A DNA stretch of 64,000 nt from an uncultured cyanobacterium (GTDB lineage: Bacteria; Cyanobacteriota; Cyanobacteriia; Phormidesmidales; Phormidesmidaceae), in NCBI GenBank assembly GCA_963793265.1, contig CAWBZI010000007.1:32001-96000 (forward strand), in the 5' to 3' direction. The notes under the pieces are model-generated. The model did no database searches. It was not told the origin of the DNA and saw only the letters and a list, made by a program, of their open reading frames with translations. Shown piece by piece: positions 1 to 8,522 of the stretch (within the stretch, counting starts at the first letter, position 1; each line of letters begins with the position of its first letter). Both the position numbers and the translations under genes were made by a program.

Positions 1-1
1 A

Positions 2-2782
2 ATGGACTCAGGCGCTAAGTTCCCGGTGCCTGTTAGTGCTTTTCCAGCTCGCCTATCAGCGCCCTTAAAAGCAGGGCAGGCTACGCAGTTTTTAGCTCGC
101 GAGCTAGACGGGATTGCACCTGAAGATCGCCCCGCCGGGCAGGCGAGATCGCTTTTGGGCGTGCCAATTAATGTGGCCGGTGAATGGTGGGGACTGCTAG
201 GAATTGACGATTGCTATATAGAGCGCGTTTGGATGGACGCTGAAATTGCGGTGCTCGAAACGGCGGCAACGGCAATGGGGAATGCCATTGAGCGCGATCG
301 CACTCGTAGGGCTCACGAGGCTACGCAGCGGGAAATGCTGATGGCCCAAGAAAGGGTCGCTAGAGCGGCTGAGCTAGAGGCGGCGAACAGCGTGTTGGTT
401 ACGCGCGATCGCTGGCTACAAACGATTGCTACAGCGGCCAGTGAGCTGCTCTCGGCGGCGCAGTCGGATACGAGCGTGACGGCGGCGCTGGAGACGATCG
501 GCCAGAATTTGGCGTGCGATCGCTTAGGGATCATGCAGTATCTACTCGATGCTGAAGATACTGCGCCGGAGCAGGGACGGTTTCGGCTGCTGCATGAGTG
601 GGATTCGTCGGGGACTGTCAGCCTGATGACCCTTGCAGATTTGGTTGAAATGCCTGCTAGCGAGTTTCCCGACTGGACAAGGCGGCTGATGGCTGGTGAG
701 TCAGTGGGGGGGCGCACTGCTGAGCATTCTGAGTCTGCTTGTAGCCAGATGCAATCGCTGGGAGCGCAGTGCACCTACGCGGTGCCTATTTTCATCGGCT
801 CAGACTTTTGGGGCCTGATGTTTATGGACTACTGCCAGGACGTTCGTGAGCTAACCGCTGCTGAGCTAGCGGTGTTTAATACGGCAGCCGCTTGTGTGGG
901 CGGGGCGATTTATCGCGAGCAGATGCAGCGCGATCAGGCGGCGCGAGAGCGCACGAAGCTGCTGGGCAGTGTGGCAGAGGCAGCGAACTTATTGCTGCGA
1001 TCAACAGACTATAAGACGGTGCTCTCGGAAGTGGTGCGGCTGCTGGGTGAGGCGGTGGAGTGCGATCGCTGTTCGCTGACCCGTCTGATTACTCAGCGTG
1101 TTACTGATGAGGGCGGCTTTCTCAAGCTTCAGTTTTTGCAAGAGTGGTGCAAGCCTGGGGTAGACGGCTCGCCTCCCGAGTTTTTTGAAGAGGCTCTGAT
1201 TCCACTAGAAGGTCATTTTCTCGAATTTCGCCGCACGCTTTTAAAAGGAGAAGCGGTGAGCTTTTTGATTCCCGATCTCACCGGCTATCAAAGAGACTAT
1301 ATGGAAGAAGCTCACAGCCTGTCTTCTACGGTGCTGGTGCCGATTATTATTCAGGGCGAATACTGGGGCGAGTTCAGCTTTGATAACTGTTCGACGCCTA
1401 GACCGTATGAAGAGGCTGAGATTGCGGTGCTGAAGGTGGCGGCGGAAAGCGTGGGGAGTGCGATCGCCCGGCAGGCTCAAGATGAAGCGCTGCGAAATGC
1501 CGAGAAGGCCGTGCTTGAAGAACGCGAGAAGGCCGCGCGCGATCGGGCCACCGAACTGGCCAAAACGAATCTGGCGCTGAGTGAGACGCTCAACGCCCTG
1601 ACGGCTACGCCCGAACTCAATGACTTCCTCGGTCAAAACCTGAGTAAAATGGCTGAGCAAATTGGAGCCTGTAGCGCGCACCTCTTCCTTTACGATCAGG
1701 CCGCCCACACCCTTAACCAGCACATTACGGTTCAATCTGGTCAAATATACCAGGGCAGTGCGCCGACCGATCCCGATCTCTTTAGCCGACCGATCCCCGC
1801 TGATCTATCCAAGGGGTGGGAAATTATCGTCAAAGCACCGACGCCTTTTACCGTTGCCAAAGGTCATCCTGAATCTCTGGAATTTTGCTGGCCCGACTCG
1901 CTGGCCTGGCACCGCGCCCAGGGCCATACGTCTATCGTCTGTGCCTGTATGAGAGTGGGCAACCAGCCGCTCGGCTTTATTGGCTTTGCGTTTAGCGATC
2001 GCACTGTCCTTACTGACGAACAGCTTCAGTTTATTCAGGCGCTCACCAACCAGGCCACGCTCTCTCTACACCTCACGCGCCTGGCCGACCAAACCCAGGC
2101 CGCCGCGCTCACCGCTGTACTCAATGACGAACGCACTCGCCTTGCCCGCGAAATTCATGACACCCTAGCCCAGTCCTTTACAGGCATCTCCCTCCAGCTC
2201 GAAGCTCTGCGCCAGCGAGCCAGACTGGGCGGTGGCGTAGCAGACGGACAAGACATCGAAGCCTATATCCGCCGCGCTCGTGATCTCGCCCGCAAAGGGC
2301 TTTCTGAAGCGCGTCGTTCTGTCCGTGCCCTGCGCTCTGAAGCGCTTGAAACCGACTCGCTTCCTGACGCCCTGCAAAAGTCTCTCACTCAAACCACGCG
2401 CGACACCGGCCTGGCTACTCATTTCTACCTCGAAGGCGCGCCCCTGCCGCTGCCTGATGACATTCAGCTCAACCTTCTGCGCATTGCTCAAGAGGCAATT
2501 ACCAACGCCCTCCGCTATGCCAACGCGACTCAGCTCGATCTCACCCTTGTTTTCAAAGGTGAGCCCGATGCCCTTGCTTCAGAAACATACGTTCAAATCT
2601 GCATCGTTGATGATGGCATTGGCTTTGATGCCTCCCGCCTCATCGAAACCAGCGGCTTTGGCCTCATCGGCATACGAGAACGCGCCACTCGCTTTGGTGG
2701 TACCTTTGAGTTGCTAAGCACACCCGGCGTCGGCACAACAATTGAAGTTGTCATTCCGCTGAATTGGAAAAATGACCCCTGA
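2..2782 (+). CDS. Multi-GAF sensor histidine kinase (HisKA_3/NarX type), probably 5'-truncated by the window edge
   Basis: About four GAF-like units linked by coiled coils; H-box ERTRLAREIHDTLAQ, N-box QEAITNALRY, G1 DDGIGF, G2 GFGLIGIRER. Confidence 0.9.
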   Translation: MDSGAKFPVPVSAFPARLSAPLKAGQATQFLARELDGIAPEDRPAGQARSLLGVPINVAGEWWGLLGIDDCYIERVWMDAEIAVLETAATAMGNAIERDRTRRAHEATQREMLMAQERVARAAELEAANSVLVTRDRWLQTIATAASELLSAAQSDTSVTAALETIGQNLACDRLGIMQYLLDAEDTAPEQGRFRLLHEWDSSGTVSLMTLADLVEMPASEFPDWTRRLMAGESVGGRTAEHSESACSQMQSLGAQCTYAVPIFIGSDFWGLMFMDYCQDVRELTAAELAVFNTAAACVGGAIYREQMQRDQAARERTKLLGSVAEAANLLLRSTDYKTVLSEVVRLLGEAVECDRCSLTRLITQRVTDEGGFLKLQFLQEWCKPGVDGSPPEFFEEALIPLEGHFLEFRRTLLKGEAVSFLIPDLTGYQRDYMEEAHSLSSTVLVPIIIQGEYWGEFSFDNCSTPRPYEEAEIAVLKVAAESVGSAIARQAQDEALRNAEKAVLEEREKAARDRATELAKTNLALSETLNALTATPELNDFLGQNLSKMAEQIGACSAHLFLYDQAAHTLNQHITVQSGQIYQGSAPTDPDLFSRPIPADLSKGWEIIVKAPTPFTVAKGHPESLEFCWPDSLAWHRAQGHTSIVCACMRVGNQPLGFIGFAFSDRTVLTDEQLQFIQALTNQATLSLHLTRLADQTQAAALTAVLNDERTRLAREIHDTLAQSFTGISLQLEALRQRARLGGGVADGQDIEAYIRRARDLARKGLSEARRSVRALRSEALETDSLPDALQKSLTQTTRDTGLATHFYLEGAPLPLPDDIQLNLLRIAQEAITNALRYANATQLDLTLVFKGEPDALASETYVQICIVDDGIGFDASRLIETSGFGLIGIRERATRFGGTFELLSTPGVGTTIEVVIPLNWKNDP

Positions 2783-3413
2783 TTTGCCCATTACTATCCT
2801 TGTCTCTGAAGATCATGGCATTGTTCGTCAGGGTATTGTTTCTATTCTTAAGCTGCAAAGCGATTTTAATATCGTGGCTGAAGCGAAAGATGGCTTAGAA
2901 GCGATCGCACTTCACTCAGCCCATCAGCCCGATATTACGTTGATGGACTTGCGGATGCCTAATATGGAAGGGGTCGATGCGATCACTCATATTCGCGAAG
3001 CGACGCCCAACGCCAAAATTATCATTCTGACAACCTACGACACCGATGAAGACATCTATCGCGGCTTGCAAGCAGGGGCACGTGGCTACATCTTAAAAGA
3101 CGCTGATTTTGAGGATCTCATTGACGCCGTTCGCACCGTTCATAGCGGCAAGCGCTACCTACCGCCTAACGTCGTCCTCAAACTTGCCGAGCGTATGGAA
3201 ACCGAAGATCTCACTGACCGCGAACGTGATGTGCTCAATATGATGTCTTGCGGTAGCAGTACGGCAGCGCTGGCTGAAGCGCTAAGTATCTCTGAAGGCA
3301 CCGTCAAGTTTCACATCAATCATATTTTCCAAAAGCTCGGCGTTAACGACCGCACACAGGCGATCATCGTAGCCCTTCGGCGCGGCCTGATCAGATTAGA
3401 CGAACCGCCATAG
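2772..3413 (+). CDS. NarL/LuxR family response regulator, cognate to the upstream kinase
   Basis: Receiver (EDH, LMDLRMP, LTTY, ILKD) plus LuxR HTH LTDRERDVL..ISEGTVKFH; overlaps the kinase stop. Confidence 0.93.
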   Translation: MTPDLPITILVSEDHGIVRQGIVSILKLQSDFNIVAEAKDGLEAIALHSAHQPDITLMDLRMPNMEGVDAITHIREATPNAKIIILTTYDTDEDIYRGLQAGARGYILKDADFEDLIDAVRTVHSGKRYLPPNVVLKLAERMETEDLTDRERDVLNMMSCGSSTAALAEALSISEGTVKFHINHIFQKLGVNDRTQAIIVALRRGLIRLDEPP

Positions 3414-3663
3414 CACCTCTACTGCTTTTTGAGCTTCTACCGATTGGTTGGGGTTAGCTCATACCCTGAGTTCAGCTTGTACCTACACCATTCATCTACT
3501 AAAAATTTAGGCTCACCGCTAGGCGTCTACAGTACAGGGTTTTCCGTAGAATTACCCCATCACTTTATTCAGAAGCTGGTTTTTCTAAGTATTGACAATG
3601 CATCTTCTCACCGTTAACTAAGATCCCCTCTAGCGCTCTTAACTTCTGAGGAAATAGCACAGC

Positions 3664-4410
3664 ATGGCAAACGTCACAAGACGCACTCTAGACAACAATA
3701 CTTACACGCTCGACCAACAAATAAAACATAAGCAAATTATGTTTATTTCCGATCAAATAGAGCTTGCTGAAACGCTGCAAATGGAGCTGTCGGGCCTTGG
3801 CTATCAGGTTAGCGTTATTCACGATGGTTTGCGCGGGCTGCTGGCGGTAAATCGGATGAAGCCTGATTTGGTAATTTTGAGCTGGTCGCCGCCTCGGCTT
3901 TCTGGGCTAGAAATATGCGATCGCCTCCGCAGCAGCAGGCATGAAGAAGCCATTATCTTACTTACCGAGTCAGACTGCCACAAGCAGCGAATTGCAGGCT
4001 TCAATGCGGGTGCTGATGACTGCCTTTCATGGCCTTTAGCGAAAGAAGAATTTATTGCCAGAGTGCAGGCCAACTTAAACTACTGCGATCATGGTCAGCG
4101 TCAGAGTCCTATTCTGCGCTGCACCGATCTTCTCCTCAATCGTGACACCCGAGAGGTGTTCCGCAACCAACAGCTCATCCGACTCACGGCCACGGAGTTT
4201 AATTTGTTGGAGTACTTGATGACACATTACTTTCAGGTGCTCACTCGCAGCCAGATCTTAGAGAATGTTTGGGGCTATGACTATGCAGGCAGCTCTAACA
4301 TTATTGAGGTCTATATCCGCTATCTGCGTAAGAAGCTAGGGGCGACGTCTGAAAATCCGCTCATTCATACTGTCCGCGGGGTTGGCTATATTTTGCGAGA
4401 AGCTGCTTAG
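3664..4410 (+). CDS. OmpR-family response regulator with atypical (pseudo-)receiver
   Basis: Intact winged helix (LTATEFNLL, VWGYDY..SNIIEVYIRYLRKKL, IHTVRGVGY); receiver reads LVILSW instead of LVILDW and SWP instead of xKP. Confidence 0.88.
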   Translation: MANVTRRTLDNNTYTLDQQIKHKQIMFISDQIELAETLQMELSGLGYQVSVIHDGLRGLLAVNRMKPDLVILSWSPPRLSGLEICDRLRSSRHEEAIILLTESDCHKQRIAGFNAGADDCLSWPLAKEEFIARVQANLNYCDHGQRQSPILRCTDLLLNRDTREVFRNQQLIRLTATEFNLLEYLMTHYFQVLTRSQILENVWGYDYAGSSNIIEVYIRYLRKKLGATSENPLIHTVRGVGYILREAA

Positions 4411-4620
4411 CGCTATGACCGAACTCTTTTTGATTGCTGTTGCATAGATCCTTAACCCAGTGTGAGAGAATCATGAGAACAACTTTAGAATAGGTTCGAT
4501 ATCTCTCGCTTTTGTGTTTGAGGCATTATCCTTATTGACTAAGGACTCATTAAAAGTGGTCATTAAAAGGTCATTCGCGGGACTATCAAGCCAGGCAAAA
4601 AATAACGGTAAAAATGGCCT

Positions 4621-5661
4621 ATGTCAGACATTCTGCTACAGACATTAAATAATGCTGATATAGACTGGCTAGTGACGAGCGGGCAGCGGCTACGGCTTTC
4701 GGCTGGTGATGTTTTGATGAAGCCTGGGCGATCGCTAGAAACACTATACGTATTGCTAGAAGGCACTTTAACTGTGCAGTCGCCCGGTGCTGCTGAAAGC
4801 CAGCTATCGCGAGGCGATATGGTGGGTGAGGGCAGTTTGTTTGATATTGAACCTGTTGTTTCTGTCGTTGCCAGTAGCGAGGCGATCGCGCTAGCAGTGC
4901 CCAAGGTGGCGCTGTGGGATAAGCTTCGGCAGGATGCGGCTTTTGCCTCCCATTTTTATCAGGCGCTGGCGCTAATTATGTCGGAGCAAATTCGCCATTT
5001 GTTTGAGGCCTCTACACTGTTGCGCTATCAGTCGGGGCATATGGTGAAAGAGGCGCTGTTTGTATTTGGTGAGCTGCAAGATAGTGATATTGACTGGATG
5101 ACGAGTGCGGGGCAGGTAACGAAGCTTGCAGCAGACAGGGTGCTTTTAAATGCAGGGCGTCCGGTGGATGCGCTGTACACATTGCTAGACGGACAGCTTG
5201 CGATCGCGGCTACCGAAAATCCATGCGACCCCTTTTCTACCTGCTCTGATGGCCTAGCAGAGAAAGCAGCCGAGCAAGACTTTAAGCCGGTTGCCTATCT
5301 GGCGCGAGGCGGTTTACCAGGCATTATCTCTTTTCTAGACTTTCGCCCTTTGCCTGTACGTATTAGCGCAGTGAGAGAGTCTTTGATGCTAACGATTCCC
5401 CGGCGAGAAGTCTCTATTAAGCTACAAGAAGATCTTGGATTTGCGGCCAGGTTTTATCGGGTGATTGCCGCTCAAACGGCGAGCTTGCTCACGGCTGTTG
5501 TTTCTAATGATACCGATGCTGGGCTCAATGACGAATTGGATGTAGACGCCCTACAGCGGGTTTCGCAGGGTGCGGCCAAATTTGACTGGATGCTTAAGCA
5601 TTTGGGGATTAGTGGCGGCATTAGTAATAGTATTGGTAGCGTTGGTGGAGTTAGCCAGTAA
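4621..5661 (+). CDS. Tandem cyclic-nucleotide-binding domain protein of bacteriocin-type transport clusters (TIGR03896-like)
   Basis: Two cNMP-like repeats (LNNADIDWL / LQDSDIDWM; LYVLLEG / LYTLLDG); first gene of the NHLP export operon. Confidence 0.82.
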   Translation: MSDILLQTLNNADIDWLVTSGQRLRLSAGDVLMKPGRSLETLYVLLEGTLTVQSPGAAESQLSRGDMVGEGSLFDIEPVVSVVASSEAIALAVPKVALWDKLRQDAAFASHFYQALALIMSEQIRHLFEASTLLRYQSGHMVKEALFVFGELQDSDIDWMTSAGQVTKLAADRVLLNAGRPVDALYTLLDGQLAIAATENPCDPFSTCSDGLAEKAAEQDFKPVAYLARGGLPGIISFLDFRPLPVRISAVRESLMLTIPRREVSIKLQEDLGFAARFYRVIAAQTASLLTAVVSNDTDAGLNDELDVDALQRVSQGAAKFDWMLKHLGISGGISNSIGSVGGVSQ

Positions 5662-6260
5662 TGGATAAAAGCAGTATTTTTCGCAAAGAAGCGCTCGAAC
5701 GGCTGGCGTCGCCAGAACAGCTCGATCAGCTCATGCAGATTGTGACGCCGCGTAGCTGGTTGCCGCTAGCCGCGCTCGGCGGACTGCTGAGCTTTGGCGT
5801 TGTTTGGAGCTTTGTCGGGCGAATTCCAGTGACAACGACCGGGCGGGGCGTGATTGTTTATAACGATATTTCTGAAGCAGATCCCGCTTCGGCGGCTTTG
5901 CAAAGTGTGGCCTACTTTAGCGCGGGCGAGATTGCCCAAATTCAGCCGGGGATGAAGGTGCTGCTGATTCCTGATGTGGAAGGGGCGCAGGTAGCCGGAG
6001 GACTGATGGGTACGGTGCAGTCGGTAGAAAATCCTGCAATTACGACAGCTTCAGCAGCGCGCGAGGCGGGGCTAGAGCAAGCGTATGTGGAAGTGGTAAC
6101 GGTGCCTGATATGGACGCGAATGGTGACTATCACTGGTCTACAGGGGCGAGTATGATGTCTCCGATTGCAGGAATGCCTGCGATCGCCCGCGTCACCCTG
6201 GCTGAAAAAGCGCCAATCGCCTTCGTGTTTCCATTTCTAGACCGTTCGGAGGGGCAGTAG
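5661..6260 (+). CDS. Short NHLP-system secretion (HlyD-like) protein
   Basis: Typical N-terminus IFRKEALERLASPEQLDQLMQIV, TM helix, C-terminal API.FVFPFL; only 199 aa. Confidence 0.8.
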   Translation: MDKSSIFRKEALERLASPEQLDQLMQIVTPRSWLPLAALGGLLSFGVVWSFVGRIPVTTTGRGVIVYNDISEADPASAALQSVAYFSAGEIAQIQPGMKVLLIPDVEGAQVAGGLMGTVQSVENPAITTASAAREAGLEQAYVEVVTVPDMDANGDYHWSTGASMMSPIAGMPAIARVTLAEKAPIAFVFPFLDRSEGQ

Positions 6261-6263
6261 CCT

Positions 6264-8513
6264 ATGGTTCGTGAAAAGACACCCGTTGCCCCTTCTACTG
6301 GTCGATCTGCGGCTAAACCTGTTGCACGTCAAAAAACGCCTACCGTCTTACAAATGGAGGCGGTGGAGTGTGGCGCTGCGGCCTTAAGTATGATGCTGGG
6401 TCACTACGGGCGGTATGCGCCTTTAGCTGAGCTGCGACAGGCTTGTGGGGTTTCTCGGGACGGGGTGACGGCTGCGAATATTCTTAAGGCGGCTCGGAAC
6501 TACGGCCTGGATGCTAAGGGTTTCAAGAAAAGTATTGAGAACCTGAAGCAGGTAGAGACGCCGTTTGTGGTGTTTTGGAACTTTAATCACTTTTTGGTGG
6601 TTGAGGGCTTTGACGCGAAGCATGTGTACCTGAATGACCCGGCAGTGGGGCCGCGTAAGGTAACCCACGATGAGTTCGATCAGGGCTATACGGGCATTTT
6701 GCTGACGTTTGAGCCGGGCGATGGGTTTGAAAAAGGGGGGCATCGGGCGAGCGCGCTGCGGGGGCTCAGGCATCGGCTCAGCGGCTCGCTGGTGGCGCTG
6801 CTTTTTTGTGGAATTACAGGCTTTTTGCTGGTGCTGCCGACGCTAGCGCTGCCTGCCTTTAGCCGGGTGTTTATTGATAATGTGCTGCTGGCAAAGCGGC
6901 TCGACTGGCTGCCCTATGTGCTGCTAGGAATGGGATTAACGGTCGTTGTGCAAGCGCTATTGACGGCTTTGCAGCTTCGATATTTGCGGGCGCTGCGGGT
7001 GAAGCTCTCGGTGGGGATGGCGAGTCGGTTTGTGTGGCATGTGCTGCGATTGCCTGCTGGGTTTTATGCGCAGCGGTTTGCCGGGGAAATTAGCGATCGC
7101 ATTTCGCTCAATGACAGCGTAGCTAATGTGCTCTCAGGGCGGCTGACGACGACGGCAATTAGCTTGGTAATGATTGTTTTTTATGCGATTGCCATGCTGC
7201 AATACGATATTCCCCTGACGCTGATTGTTGTTGGTTTTGCTGCGATTAATGTAATTGTGTTGCAGTGGGTGGCGCGCACTCGCACAGATGCAAATCGTCG
7301 TTTAATTCAGGAATACGGTAAGGCTTCAGGGGTGAGCATTGCGGGCTTGCAGAGTATTGAAACGCTGAAGGCTTCTGGCATTGAGTCGGACTTTTTTGCG
7401 CGCTGGTCGGGCTACTATACCAAGGCGATTAACGCGCAGCAGCAGCTAGGGCTAACGAACCGGCTACTGGGACTATTGCCTTCGCTGCTGACGACGCTGA
7501 CGGCGCTGTCGCTGTTAGTTTTTGGCGGCTGGCGCGTGATCAACGGATCGCTCTCAATTGGAATGCTGGTGGCGTTTCAGCTTTTGATGCAGAGCTTTCA
7601 GGGGCCAGTGAATAATTTGGTGCGCTTTGCCAATACGCTGCAAACGCTTCAGGGGAACTTGGAGCGTTTAGATGATGTGTTGGAGAATGACGTTGATGAG
7701 GTGTTTGACCAGAGCGGTACGGGAGATTGGAACGGTGAGGCGGCTGGATCTTCTTTCCGGCTAACGGGCGCAGTTGATATTACAAATCTCTCTTTTAGCT
7801 ACAGCCCGCTAGACGCACCTTTGATTGATAACTTTAATCTGTCGATTAAGCCAGGGCAGCGGGTGGCTTTCGTGGGCGGTAGCGGCTCAGGAAAGTCAAC
7901 GTTGGTGAGGGTAATTGCCGGGCTGTATCAGCCGCGTTCGGGAGAAATTCGGTTTGATGGCAAGCTGGATCAAGAGATTCCTCGCGCTGTGATTACGCAT
8001 TCGTTGGCGATGGTGGAGCAGGATATCTTGCTGTTTGAAGGATCTGTGCGTGAGAACTTGACGCTGTGGGATGCCACGATTGAAGCGTCTCAGCTTCGGC
8101 AGGCTTGCCAGGATGCGGCAATTGAGGAAACGATCTTATCGATGCCCTATGGCTATGACGCAAAGCTGTTAGAAGGTGGGCAAAACCTGAGCGGCGGGCA
8201 GCGGCAGCGGTTGGAGATTGCGCGCGCGCTGGTGAACAATCCTTCAATTTTGATTATGGATGAGGCGACCAGTGCCCTGGACTCGGAGACTGAGAAGGTG
8301 ATTGACCAGAACTTGAGGCGGCGGGGCTGTACTTGTTTGATTGTGGCTCATAGGTTAAGTACGATTCGTGATGCGGATGAGATTATTGTGCTCGATCGCG
8401 GTCAGGTGGTGCAGCGCGGGACGCACGATGAGCTGTGGTCACAGCCGGGTCACTATGCAACATTGATTCAAAGCTCTGGTACGGCACTTTCTACCAGTAC
8501 AGCACCCTCATAG
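6264..8513 (+). CDS. NHLP-family bacteriocin export ABC transporter, C39 peptidase/permease/ATPase
   Basis: QMEAVECGAAAL (catalytic Cys), NFNHF (His), NDPA; Walker A GGSGSGKST; LSGGQRQR. Confidence 0.95.
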   Translation: MVREKTPVAPSTGRSAAKPVARQKTPTVLQMEAVECGAAALSMMLGHYGRYAPLAELRQACGVSRDGVTAANILKAARNYGLDAKGFKKSIENLKQVETPFVVFWNFNHFLVVEGFDAKHVYLNDPAVGPRKVTHDEFDQGYTGILLTFEPGDGFEKGGHRASALRGLRHRLSGSLVALLFCGITGFLLVLPTLALPAFSRVFIDNVLLAKRLDWLPYVLLGMGLTVVVQALLTALQLRYLRALRVKLSVGMASRFVWHVLRLPAGFYAQRFAGEISDRISLNDSVANVLSGRLTTTAISLVMIVFYAIAMLQYDIPLTLIVVGFAAINVIVLQWVARTRTDANRRLIQEYGKASGVSIAGLQSIETLKASGIESDFFARWSGYYTKAINAQQQLGLTNRLLGLLPSLLTTLTALSLLVFGGWRVINGSLSIGMLVAFQLLMQSFQGPVNNLVRFANTLQTLQGNLERLDDVLENDVDEVFDQSGTGDWNGEAAGSSFRLTGAVDITNLSFSYSPLDAPLIDNFNLSIKPGQRVAFVGGSGSGKSTLVRVIAGLYQPRSGEIRFDGKLDQEIPRAVITHSLAMVEQDILLFEGSVRENLTLWDATIEASQLRQACQDAAIEETILSMPYGYDAKLLEGGQNLSGGQRQRLEIARALVNNPSILIMDEATSALDSETEKVIDQNLRRRGCTCLIVAHRLSTIRDADEIIVLDRGQVVQRGTHDELWSQPGHYATLIQSSGTALSTSTAPS

Positions 8514-8522
8514 GAGTTCGCT

